Source of the DNA: Nemertoderma westbladi | Lineage: Eukaryota > Animalia > Xenacoelomorpha | DNA length: 64,000 nucleotides | Direction: 5' to 3' | Assembly: GCA_032718475.1 (NCBI GenBank) | Contig: JAUCBJ010001126.1 | Coordinates: 107-64,106 of the forward strand | Program-made: the position numbers and the translations under genes | Part shown: positions 47,901 to 60,230 of the stretch, piece after piece | How positions within the stretch are numbered: the stretch's first letter is position 1 | How the letters are laid out: each line of letters begins with the position of its first letter | Notes under the pieces: generated by a model | What the model saw: the letters and a program-made list of their open reading frames with translations, nothing else | The model's database searches: none | Told to the model about the DNA's origin: nothing

Positions 47901-50900
47901 GCTACTCAAGCCTTTGCTTTCCTAACTTCTATGTCATTTTTGCTACTCTCTATCCATGATCCAAGGTACTGGAAGTCATCGACCTTCCTTAGTTGATTAT
48001 TATCAATGGTTGTCAAATTTCCATCAACATTAAAGGTCATGAATTCAGTCTTTGTAGCATTTATATGCAATCCAACCTCCTTAGCAGCCCTCTCCACTTT
48101 ATTTAGTAGAAGCTGTGCGTCTGCTAGCGTATTAGAGAGCAGGGCGATGTCATCCGCAAAGTCGGTGTCTGTGACTGTAGTTGCCGGATATCTACTACTT
48201 CTGCGTTTTTGAAGTGTGAATCCCAGATCTTCACCCTTTGTGGCCGTCCTCATTGCGTAATCCAGCACAATTACAAATAGTAATGGTGCTAATGTGTCAC
48301 CTTGCAGTACGCCAGCCAGGATTGAGAAAAACTCAGTTTCAACATCTGGTGAGAGTACCTGCGCTTCTGTGTCACAATATAACAATCCAATGCCAGCAAC
48401 AATTACTTCTGGTATTCCATAAGCTCTTAGTATTTCAAGTATTTTACCTCTTTGGTAGTGGTACAATCCCACGCAAAGTGTGAACACTTACTTGGGTTGG
48501 TACAATCCCTCGCGAAGTATGAACACTTACTTCGGTTGGTACAATCCCTCGCGAAGTGTGAACACTTACTTGGGTTGGTAGTGGTACAATCCCACGCAAA
48601 GTGTGAACACTTACTTGGGTTGGTACAATCCCTCGCGAAGTGTGAACACTTACTTGGGTTGGTACAATCCCTCGCGAAGTGTGAACACTTACTTGGGTTG
48701 GTACAATCCCTCGCGAATTGTGAACACTTACTTGGGATGGTACAATCCTTCGCGAAGTGTTCACCTGCACACTTATAAACTTGGGTTGGTTTGGTACAAT
48801 CCCTCGCGAAGTGTATGAACACTTGGGTTGGTACAATCCCTCGCGAATTGTGAACACTTACTTGGGATGGTACAATCCTTCGCGAAGTGTTCACCTGAAC
48901 ACTTATAAACTTGGGTTGGTACAATCCCTCGCGAAGTGTATGAACACTTACTTGGGTTGGTACAATCCCTCGCGAAGTGTGAACACTTACTTGGGTTGGT
49001 ACAATCCCTCACGAAGTGTGAACACTTACTTGGGTTGGTACAATCCCTCGCGAATTGTGAACACTTACTTGGGATGGTACAATCCTTCGCGAAATGTTCA
49101 CCTGAACACTTATAAACTTGGGTTGGTTCAATCCCTCGCGAAGTGTATGAACACTTACTTGGGTTGGTACAATCCCTCGCGAAGTGTATGAACACTTATT
49201 TGGGTTGGTACAACCCCTCGTGAATTGTGAACACTTACTTGGGATGGTACAATCCTTCGCGAAGTGTATGAACACTTGGGTTGGTACAATCCCTCGCGAA
49301 TTGTGAACACTTACTTGGGATGGTACAATCCTTCGCGAAGTGTTCACCTGAACACTTATAAACTTGGGTTGGTACAATCCCTCGCGAAGTGTATGAACAC
49401 TTACTTGGGTAGGTACAATCCCTCGCGAAGTGTGAACACTTACTTGGGTTGGTACAATCCCTCACGAAGTGTGAACACTTACTTGGGTTGGTACAATCCC
49501 TCGCGAATTGTGAACACTTACTTGGGATGGTACAATCCTTCGCGAAATGTTCACCTGAACACTTATAAACTTGGGTTGGTTCAATCCCTCGCGAAGTGTA
49601 TGAACACTTACTTGGGTTGGTACAATCCCTCGTGAAGTGTATGAACACTTATTTGGGTTGGTACAACCCCTCGTGAATTGTGAACACTTACTTGGGATGG
49701 TACAATCCCTCACGAAGTGTATGAACACTTACTTGGGTTGGTACAACCCCTCGTGAATTGTGAACACTTACTTGGGATGGTACAATCCTTCGCGAAATGT
49801 TCACCTGAACACTTATAAACTTGGGTTGGTTCAATCCCTCGCGAAGTGTATGAACACTTATTTGGGTTGGTACAACCCCTCGTGAATTGTGAACACTTAC
49901 TTGGGTTGGTACAATCCCTCGCGAAGTGTATGAACACTTACTTGGGTTGGTACAACCCCTCGTGAATTGTGAACACTTACTTGGGATGGTACAATCCCTC
50001 ACGAAGTGTATGAACACTTACTTGGGTTGGTACAATCCTTCGCGAAGTGTTCACCTGAACACTTATAAACTTGGGTTGGTACAATCCCTCGCGAAGTGTA
50101 TTAACACTTACTTGGGTTGGTACAATCCCTCGCGAAGTATGAACACTTACTTGGGATGGTACAATCCTTCGCGAAGTGTTCACCTGAACACTTATAAACT
50201 TGGGTTGGTACAATCCCTCGCGAAGTGTATGAACACTTACTTGGGTTGGTACAATCCCTCGCGAATTGTGAACACTTACTTGGGATGGTACAATCCTTCG
50301 CGAAATGTTCACCTGAACACTTATAAACTTGGGTTGGTTCAATCCCTCGCGAAGTGTATGAACACTTACTTGGGTTGGTACAATCCCTCGTGAAGTGTAT
50401 GAACACTTATTTGGGTTGGTACAACCCCTCGTGAATTGTGAACACTTACTTGGGATGGTACAATCCCTCACGAAGTGTATGAACACTTACTTGGGTTGGT
50501 ACAACCCCTCGTGAATTGTGAACACTTACTTGGGATGGTACAATCCTTCGCGAAATGTTCACCTGAACACTTATAAACTTGGGTTGGTTCAATCCCTCGC
50601 GAAGTGTATGAACACTTATTTGGGTTGGTACAACCCCTCGTGAATTGTGAACACTTACTTGGGTTGGTACAATCCCTCGCGAAGTGTATGAACACTTACT
50701 TGGGTTGGTACAACCCCTCGTGAATTGTGAACACTTACTTGGGATGGTACAATCCCTCACGAAGTGTATGAACACTTACTTGGGTTGGTACAATCCTTCG
50801 CGAAGTGTTCACCTGAACACTTATAAACTTGGGTTGGTACAATCCCTCGCGAAGTGTATTAACACTTACTTGGGTTGGTACAATCCCTCGCGAAGTATGA

Positions 50901-52525
50901 ACACTTACTTGGGATGGTACAATCCTTCGCGAAGTGTTCACCTGAACACTTATAAACTTGGGTTGGTACAATCCCTCGCGAAGTGTATGAACACTTACTT
51001 GGGTTGGTACAATCCCTCGCGAAGTGTATGAACACTTACTTGGGTTGGTAAAATCCCTCGCGAAGTGTGAACGATTACTTGAGTTGGTACAATCCCTCGC
51101 GAAGTGTGAACGATTACTTGAGTTGGTACAATCCCTCGCGAAGTGTGAACACTTACTTGGGTTGGTACAATCCCTCGCGAAGTGTATGAACACTTACTTG
51201 GGTTGGTAAAATCCCTCGCGAAGTGTGAACGATTACTTGAGTTGGTACAATCCCTCGCGAAGTGTGAACGATTACTTGAGTTGGTACAATCCCTCGCGAA
51301 GTGTGAACACTTACTTGGGTTGGTACAATCCCTCGCGAAGTGTATGAACACTTACTTGGGATGGTACAATCCCTCACGAAGTGTATGAACACTTACTTGG
51401 GTTGGTACAATCCTTCGCGAAGTGTTCACCTGAACACTTATAAACTTGGGTTGGTACAATCCCTCGCGAAGTGTATTAACACTTACTTGGGTTGGTACAA
51501 TCCCTCGCGAAGTATGAACACTTACTTGGGATGGTACAATCCTTCGCGAAGTGTTCACCTGAACACTTATAAACTTGGGTTGGTACAATCCCTCGCGAAG
51601 TGTATGAACACTTACTTGGGTTGGTACAATCCCTCGCGAAGTGTATGAACACTTACTTGGGTTGGTAAAATCCCTCGCGAAGTGTGAACGATTACTTGAG
51701 TTGGTACAATCCCTCGCGAAGTGTGAACGATTACTTGAGTTGGTACAATCCCTCGCGAAGTGTGAACACTTACTTGGGTTGGTACAATCCCTCGCGAAGT
51801 GTATGAACACTTACTTGGGTTGGTAAAATCCCTCGCGAAGTGTGAACGATTACTTGAGTTGGTACAATCCCTCGCGAAGTGTGAACACTTACTTGGGGTG
51901 GTACAATCCCTCGCGAAGTGTATGAACACTTACTTGGGTTGGTACAATCCCTCGCGAAGTGTGAACGATTACTTGAGTTGGTACAATCCCTCGCGAAGTA
52001 TGAACACTTACTTGGGATGGTACAATCCTTCGCGAAGTGTTCACCTGAACACTTATAAACTTGGGTTGGTACAATCCCTCGCGAAGTGTATGAACACTTA
52101 CTTGGGTTGGTACAATCCCTCGCGAAGTGTATGAACACTTACTTGGGTTGGTAAAATCCCTCGCGAAGTGTGAACGATTACTTGAGTTGGTACAATCCCT
52201 CGCGAAGTGTGAACGATTACTTGAGTTGGTACAATCCCTCGCGAAGTGTGAACACTTACTTGGGTTGGTACAATCCCTCGCGAAGTGTATGAACACTTAC
52301 TTGGGTTGGTAAAATCCCTCGCGAAGTGTGAACGATTACTTGAGTTGGTACAATCCCTCGCGAAGTGTGAACACTTACTTGGGGTGGTACAATCCCTCGC
52401 GAAGTGTATGAACACTTACTTGGGTTGGTACAATCCCTCGCGAAGTATGAACACTTACTTGGGTTGGTACAATCCTTCGCGAAGTATGAACACTTACTTG
52501 GGTTGGTACAATCCCTCGCGAAGTG
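41909..52525 (-). repeat. Intronic minisatellite, 39-bp core unit (variants 24-50 bp), derived from the exon 2 / intron junction
   Basis: Unit CACTTCGCGAGGGATTGTACCAACCCAA|GTAAGTGTTCA; the first copy is the real exon end; higher-order repeats present. Confidence 0.97.
47403..48451 (-). mobile_element. 5'-truncated RTE-clade LINE inserted in the minisatellite
   Basis: GVLQGDTLAP, FADD, FQYLGS, GHCWR, RGRP; in-frame stop at 47906; (TAG)n tail; 13-bp TSD TTGGTAGTGGTAC (47390-402, 48452-464). Confidence 0.92.
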
Positions 52526-52695
52526 GCCTCCTTTCCCACATCGGTAACATTTGTCTCCGCCACCTACTCCATGATCCTCGCAGTCCCGCGCAAAGTGTCC
52601 CGAACGGCCGCACCTGTAACATCGCTCGTCTCGTAACCCAGTAGCGCAATCGCGAGCGAAATGGCCAACTCCTCCACATTTGTAACACTTGTTAC
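52498..52695 (-). CDS. CNBP: CNBP/GIS2-like zinc-knuckle protein, coding exon 2
   Basis: Acceptor TTTTCCAG at 52696-97; NKCYKCGGVGHFARDC..RCYRCGRSGHFARDC..KCYRCGKGGHFARDCTNP; donor GTAAGT at 52497; 198 nt, phase 1-1 (this frame is not in the ORF track). Confidence 0.85.
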
Positions 52696-53597
52696 CTGGA
52701 AAATAATATAATACATTACGTCAATTTATTAAAGGTAGATAGATAGATATATTTATTTATACATTATGTAAAAACAATAACAAATACACCAAACAATGTA
52801 CCGGTATAAAGGTATTGTCCAACATAACATATAGGATTACCCCTAAAGCTTTGCAGCTTATTTCCAAGGGGGTCCTTTATGTTACTTGGTTACAAATACA
52901 ACATTACACTACGCTAACCTAAAACCAATATAAAACGTAATTACACTATGTACATGTACAACTTTACCAAGAGTGTGACAATGTCCGACTCAACGATAAA
53001 GATGTAATGTACAGAACAATTTATTATAAAACGTATTTACAGTATAAATAGTAAATAATTAATAAACTAATAACTTACTGTAGGACTATTGTACCTATTT
53101 TTACATTGCACACGGAGGTGAGATTTAACTGCAGATTTAAAAGAATGTTGATTATTTAGGTTTTTAATTTCATTAGGAAGAGCGTTCCAATTTTTAATGC
53201 CGCTTTTCAAGCGGCATTATGTGTGCGGCAAAATGTCAATTTTTAAAAAGGTATAAAATATTTATATTAAAAAATATAGAATTAAAATCGTAAATGAAAA
53301 ACATAACAAAACACCATTTTTACTGATGTGTTTAATAATGCTTATTGGTGGGCATTTACGTTTAAATAACTACATTTGAATGAGGCTCGCTCGTATAATT
53401 ATTTTATGGTTCTGCGATATATAACAGGTAAGGATGGTAGGTTGGGTTGATGTCTAAAATGAAAAGGTGTGTCAATATCTGCAGTCTACACTACAGTGCA
53501 GTGTTCGATTAATAGCAAAATTATATCAAAAGCTAAACAGTAAACATCACCTAACAGTTCCTTGATAAATTAAGTTCCAGAAAATTCATAAACTCAC

Positions 53598-53838
53598 CAC
53601 CGCCGCCCCCACCAGAGAAGAATGTCCGACTTCCTCCGCCTCCCCTCGGTCTGTCCCGTTCCTCCCTGGCGTTGGGACATTCACGCGAGATGTGTCCCGG
53701 CTTGCCGCAGTTGTAACACGCCCTCTCCGTGCTCTCGCAGTTCCTCGCTAGATGACCCGGTTTGCCGCACTTGTAACAGGATCCACCCCCGCCTCCTCCA
53801 CTACCAGTACTCCCAGAGCGCCGTGAACGATCCCCCAT
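53598..53838 (-). CDS. CNBP: CNBP/GIS2-like zinc-knuckle protein, coding exon 1
   Basis: ATG 53838, two CCHC knuckles, Gly/RGG linker, donor GTGAGT at 53597 (phase 1); probable acceptor CTGACAG at 53871 implies an upstream UTR exon. Confidence 0.85.
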
Positions 53839-55540
53839 TATGTAAGCGATAGGCAACCGAAATGATCAACCTGTCAGTCAGATAAATAAACAAAACATTT
53901 CTTATTGATACCTGGCAGCCTGGCCGCGTAGGTGTTCGTTCGTGTCACCTACTGACCTATGCTGCTATGCATTCGGGAACAAGACTTTGCACCTTTGAAT
54001 GCTGGTTGTGGAGTGGATGTAGGCCTACAGCATAACAGGATTTTGGTTCCGAGAGGAACCGGGGTTATTAAAATATAACGTTTGGGACCAGTATACGAAT
54101 ACGGGGCGGATATCAATTTTTCACGAAAAACCTGAGGCCAAGTGTCTTTCAAAAATTTGAAACAGTCACATCAAATTTTTATTTAACATCTTTTCATTCA
54201 ATTTTTATTCATACAGTCATATAGCAGTATAGACAACTCCAGGCAATCACGTTCAGTTACAGTTTGTTCTACTCACTATAACACTATTGAACTGTATAAG
54301 CACTTACAGACTTAACTTTACAGTAGCCTATTATAGTTATACCTACCTTGTTGTTGCAGTATTAGGCCTACCCAAACAAAGCCTAGGCTAGGCCTCCAAT
54401 GAAAATTTCAGAATTTTTTTTGTGAATTATATTTTTAATCGGAACTAGGCCAGGTAGGCCTACCCTTACCGCCTTTTTCAGTTATTGATCCCTCAGGCTG
54501 TCAGCGTCAGGGATACCCTCTGTCAGTCTGTCTGTCTGTTATGAAAAGCTGTTTACAGTTTAGGCGTCCTTGCAGCCTTGTCTTTGTCTGTTGTCGGGGT
54601 CGGGCGGCTAGTCCTGTAGTCCTATATCAGAGAAATCGATAGGCAGATAGGGCTTAATCGAGTTTCATTGCTAACTTTACAAGGCTGCAAGGTAGGCCTA
54701 CCCTGCTGCCCTGCTACCTGTACTGCGGTAAGCACTACATTTCTGCAATAGGCTGATAGGCCTATTCAGATAGGCCTATTACTGCAATACTGTCAGACTG
54801 TAATAGGCAACAGTTCAGCAGCTAGTTCAGTAGTTAGGCAGTTAGGCCTACCAGTACAGCAGTAGGCAGGGCTGCAGGGCTGGCATACTCCTGAACTCTG
54901 GTACTCCTACAGCTACAGAGCTACCTAGCTACAGACAGACAGACTAGACAGACTAACGGAGTTAGAGTTAACGCTAGGCAGCTACAGACTGACAGAGCTA
55001 AGGCTGAAGGCCAGAAGGCTGTACTGCTGTAAGGCCTAGCCAAGGCAGCTAGGGATGCCCTAAGCTGCTAAGTTTAGGCCTATGTCTGTATGTTTTCAAT
55101 TCAAAGCTCACCTGTCTGCCTGTAGTTTGATTGATAGGCCTAATCCAAAATTCCAAACGGTTCCAGTAGAGCTGTATGTAGTAGGGCTAATAATCCTCTG
55201 TCCTCAATCAGTCAATCCTGAAATCGGGTGCTCAAAACAAAACTCCAAAAGGCACCCACACGCGTCCTCCACCAATCCAAACCTCAAACTCCAGGACTCC
55301 TGAAACCTCCTCACTCGCTAACAACCAACGAGCCAAGCTAATAAGTCCAAAGTCTGAAAGTCTGACAATAAATTGATGCTGATCAGGATACCTGGATACT
55401 GCAGGATGAATGGCTACCGGAGTACCGAACCGGTAAGGCAGTAAGGTAATGCAACATGTACACAATGTATCTGTGTTATGTGTATAAAAGGCTGAAAGGT
55501 ACAGTATGTGCAGCATTGACACGTAGCTACAGTAGGACAA

Positions 55541-55743
55541 TTTGCAATTCCGACCCGGACAATTCTGACTCGGACAATTCCGACCCGGACAATTCCGACC
55601 TGGACAATTCCGTCCCGGACAATTCCGTCCCGGACAATTCCGACCCATTCAAAGATCAAATGAAATTTTCATGGGTCAGAATTGTCAGTGTCGGAATTAG
55701 CTGGGTCAGAATTGCCCTAGGTCGGAATTGTCCGAATGCCAAA
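55541..55743. mobile_element. Small MITE with 15-bp subterminal repeats
   Basis: (AATTCCGACCCGGAC)x~7 followed by inverted copies (GGTCGGAATTG). Confidence 0.7.
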
Positions 55744-55867
55744 TAAATAAAAATAATAAATTAAAATTAACACAGATTTTTTGTACTCGAAGAATTTTTC
55801 GAAATTTTTTTATTTAATACAAATCGTACAGAGATCGTTAAATTGTAAAACAAATGATAAATAAATA

Positions 55868-57103
55868 TTTTATTCTCAAATTATTACTTTTTCGCTCGCA
55901 TTTACCCCAAAATCGGGAGAAAAAGTTGCAATTTTTCCCTATGGAAAAAAGTTAAAATCTCTTTATTAAAATCTTTATTAAAATCTGTTGAAAGAGCAAC
56001 GAAGTAGAAAATGTTTGCACTTAATATTCCAGGCACACACTCAAAAGTTATTGCAACTTTAGTGTCTACAGTACAAGCTGTCTTCCAAAACTGAACTCAA
56101 TATCAATATTGGTTTATCTTGTTAAGCGGCTCTCTAGTTACAATAGCAATAAATTTTCGAGAACACTAAATTATTTAACATTGAGTAAGGCAGCATCAGG
56201 AGTTGAAGATAACAATAATTTGAATCGCAGTACCGGTAACTACAGTATGGAAGCAATATACTGTAGTAAAATACTACACAGTACAAATTATTTTGTAACA
56301 CTATATCGTTTTACTGTATGTTTCATTAAAGATCTGAGCAACAAAAAGAACCAATTTAAGAAAAAAATGACGCATTAAATGGGAAAAAAACGTTGAACAA
56401 TTTTTTTTCAATTTTATCTCGACCCTTATTTATAAACCTCGCTGGCGCTCAGTATATAAAATGCTTCGAAAATAGTGAAAAAAAGTTATACGTTTTCCCA
56501 TGTATGTAATAAATAATTCATTTTATTCTTAAATTGTCACTTTTTCGCTCGAATTACCCCAAAATCGCGAGAAACAGTTTCACTTTTTTCCCTAGGGAAA
56601 AAAAGCAATTAATAGGAATGCAGTGATTTTACTTTTTTCCCGGCGAAAAAAGTAAAGCAAAATATTTTTGAAAGATCATCGACGTACAAAAGGTTTGAAA
56701 GTAATTTGAGTGAAATCCATTCAAACACTCAAAAGTTATTGTAACTTTAATGTCTGCGCGGAGTACACCAAAACGGAACTCAATATCCAATATTGGTTTA
56801 TTTAGCAGAACGGCTCTCTAGTTACGTAATAAATATTCGAGAACATTAAATTATTTTAACATTGAGAAAGGCATCATCGAGAGTTGAAGAGTGCAATAAT
56901 AATAACTATGGAAGCAATATAGTAAAATACTGCAGTTCAATTTATTTTGTAACACAACTGTGGAACTATGGAAAAAAAACGTAGTACATTTTTTTTCATT
57001 ATTCTCTCGACCCTTTATTAATTTCGCTGACACTCTGTAAAAAAAATGCCTCGAGAATAATAAAAAAAAGTTCTACTTTTTTCCCATGTAATAAATAATT
57101 ATT
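55868..57103. repeat. Two diverged tandem copies of a ~600-650 bp unit
   Basis: TTTTATTCT..TTTTTCGCTCG..TACCCCAAAATCG at 55868 and 56521 with colinear downstream blocks. Confidence 0.7.
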
Positions 57104-57210
57104 TTACAACCCGACAGCCCGAGTAATAGAAGTCTAGCTACAATAAGACATTTATTTATTTTTAAGCCATTTTGTTCTACAACATTTTAAAGATGTCTTA
57201 AATAAATATA

Positions 57211-58034
57211 CCGGGTGTTCCATAATGATTCCCCCCCCCCCCCTGACCAGCCAAAACTGTCAGACATGCACTTTCGTGTAATATACCATTTGAAAGAGAA
57301 TTTAATTCTGAGCTTGCATGCAAAAATTTAGTGTCCAATACTAAAGTATAACAATTTTATATGCAATTCTTTAAACCTATCTTACTTTTCAATATTTGTG
57401 ATTTAATCACAATTTAAAAAAAAAAAATAATTTATCCAGCGTTAGGCATCAGCTTTGCAGGTTGCAGCCCTGTTTAAACAGTTATTTCTGCCTGACTTTT
57501 GCTGTATTGCAATATATTACAGTATTCAGTTACCGGTATTAGTGTTTCTTTGGTGATTTTACTGAATTAGGCCTAACAGAAGTAATTAAAATGACAAGTT
57601 CCAGTGCAAACTTCGATGACTCCGAAGAAAAACGTAAGGTTGACAGGATCAGAGATGCTACTTTAGAGAGGGTCGTGATTCTGTGACATAATCAAACTGA
57701 ACTCAAACCAAGACGGCACTTTTAAGGGCCTACATCCTTTGCCACTATCGAGGAGCTCTCCGTGCTGCCAATGGGAAACATGGCTGTAAATCTGATGACT
57801 AACACTGGATAAATTATATTTTTTAAATTGTGATTAAATCACAAATATTGAAAAGTAAGATAGGTTTAAAGAATTGCCTATAAAATTTTTATACTTTTGT
57901 ATTGGTCTCTAAATTTTTGCATGCAAGCTCAGAATTAAATTATCTTTCGAATGGTATATTACACTAAGGTGCATGTCTTACAGTTTTGGCTGGCTAGGGG
58001 GGGGGGGGGGGGGGAATCATTATGGAACACCCGG
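57211..58034. mobile_element. Tc1/mariner-type MITE
   Basis: TA-flanked, ~230-bp TIRs starting CCGGGTGTTCCATAATGATT. Confidence 0.88.
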
Positions 58035-58711
58035 TATATTATGTTCTAGAGCATTTTCAAAAACAAATAGCAAAAACTATAGCTATTATAAATAATTGTG
58101 TGGTGTGTGTGCCCAAAACACTCTAGTACAAATGCCAACGTACAGTAATACCTGAATACAAGGCCTGTTCACTACATTCTACAATACATCGATCAGCTGA
58201 TAATAAGTAGGCTTACTGTTTGATTGCTATATGTTTGGTTGATATACTGTTTGAGATTTTCTTATAGCTGCGTAGGGTAATAACTATTTAGTAACTAATC
58301 TAATAACTATAACTTGTGTCGTCGCCATTTACTCCCAGTTATCTTCTACATAGTTATCCCCCATGGTAAAATAACTATTACAGTAGTTCTATGGGTAACC
58401 TGGCAACCCAGTTATCCACCCATGGGAAGATAACTATTAGTTCTATGGGTAACATGGCAACCATTATTACATCAGGCCGCAGTTTCCAGAAACTCTTCTG
58501 TAGGTACAGTACCGGTATCAGCAATATTTGTGCTAGTTTCAGTTTGCATACCAGTATACCGGTATTGTCAGACGAGCAGACAGTAGGCAGCTCTAACCTT
58601 TTTCGTTAACAAAGGTTCTATAAAAATTTACAAAAGTTTTGTTCGCTTTAATCGGTTTGCATACCATCAGTTTTGCTCACTAATATGCTACTACTGTAGC
58701 TACTACAGTAA

Positions 58712-59554
58712 AGGCCGGTTTTGGCAACTTTTAGAGCAACCCAGGTTGCCATTCAAGTTATTGCTCCGTGTAAACACGAAGTTGCTGTAAAAAATAGTTG
58801 CTGTAAAAGTTGCTTAAATTTGACGGCAACATAAGAAACAATTTGAGTGGACGGATTAAAGCAGAATAATCAAATTAAATTATTAGATGAAATCTGTTTT
58901 TTGGGAAGAATTCCATGGTTGTTTATTCTTCACCCCCACTTTAATTGTATTCTTATATCTATGCCATGTCTGACTGAGCTATGCCTTTATTGTTGTTTTA
59001 TATTCACTTATTATTATGGAATACAGTACCGGTACTGGTATACAGTTTAGGCCCCTACGTACAGCATACACCATGCACATTGCCCATACAGCCATATGCA
59101 CATTGCCCATGCACGCACATGTTTGTTTAAAAAATTCGAATAAATCCTTTATGTTCCGAAATTGCGAACCACTATTGAGGTGTCGATGTTTCCTTGATAT
59201 ATTCGGGTTACAAACACTTCCATAAATGTAAATAACACCTGAAACGAGTTCATTGTAGGGGGCCTATAGAATCTGTATAGAATTTACGATTATGATAATG
59301 TAAAATAGCGCGACAGAGGGAATCCGAAATATTACATAATTATTGGGAGGCTGTGTAAGTGTAATAATGTAATAATTGCCTAGTTTCTAAAGAGAACACT
59401 ATTTTACATTAAATACTCGACGTTGCTCAAAAAGTTGCCGGCCAAGTTGCTGGTAAAATTTCCACTTTTAAACTGCGAATAAATTAAGTTGCTCCAAAAA
59501 AGTTACTGGTTGCCGACAAAGTTACTCAAAATGTTGCCACGTTTAAACCGGCCT
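58712..59554. mobile_element. PIF/Harbinger-like MITE
   Basis: AGGCCGGTTT...AAACCGGCCT termini, TAA on both sides, AAGTTGC subterminal repeats. Confidence 0.7.
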
Positions 59555-60078
59555 TAATGGCTGAAATGCAGTTATCAGAATGTACCCACAATGATTTCTC
59601 GTTTGTTGTTTTGGTTATTGTTGATAGTCAAGCACAAAACCTAATTGAAACTGTGGTGTCATGCGAGCGCGGTGAGAGTGCGGTGCGGTGACAGGGCTGT
59701 GAAAATGCAATGCCGGTCACTCACAGCGTTTTGTTTTTGGATACAACGTTTCGAGAACGCGGCAGGGAAATTTTCAGTATTATCTAAATTTTTGGATAAA
59801 ATAACCCGCTATACCGCCACACCCTTTCCTTATGCCTTACTTAAGTTAGGTTTGGTTTGGATTATATAAATTTATATATTAATTATTATTCGAAGATCAC
59901 CGTAAAACCAGTACAATTGCTTTACAATTAGTTATCTTCCACGGATAAATAACTAATGTAAATGTTTATGATTTGTACCCCCAAAATTTCCATGCCCCAT
60001 TTTTATTCTTAGTCCCCCAAACAAAACCCTTTTAGAAATGTTGGGTTGGCAGAACCTATCCCGTGTGGAGATCGGGTG

Positions 60079-60230
60079 ACAACATATTTATCACCCAGTT
60101 ATTTAGTTATTTTACGAGTTATTTATCCTCGGGGAGTTAACGAAACCCTCGGCTTCGCCTCGTGTTTGTTAACTGCCCTCGGATAAATAACTCGTAAAAT
60201 AACTAAATAACTGGGTGATAAATAATGTTG
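60079..60230. repeat. ~65-bp-stem hairpin with CTCGGCTTCGCCTCG loop
   Basis: ATTTATCACCCAGTTATTTAGTTATTTTACGAGTTATTTATCC pairs perfectly with its inverse at ~60181-60223. Confidence 0.85.

Noticed and set aside
41909-52525. CRISPR-like array, or genuine long repeat-protein ORFs (LLGLVQSLAKCEH, HFARDCTNPSKCS)
   Set aside because: No unique spacers or cas genes; the ORFs arise from a 39-bp unit that is stop-free in several frames, and frequent frameshifts interrupt them
41909-52525. Recursive splicing (AG|GT ratchet points)
   Set aside because: Units have AA|GT and no polypyrimidine tract, so no acceptor is regenerated
41585-53838. Vasa N-terminus or retroviral gag as the source of the knuckles
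   Set aside because: No DEAD-box or capsid exons seen; short linkers, RGG box and spliced structure fit CNBP/GIS2 better
55232-55746. (GRNCP)n ORFs and similar ORFs at 61325-62224
   Set aside because: Translations of MITE subterminal repeats
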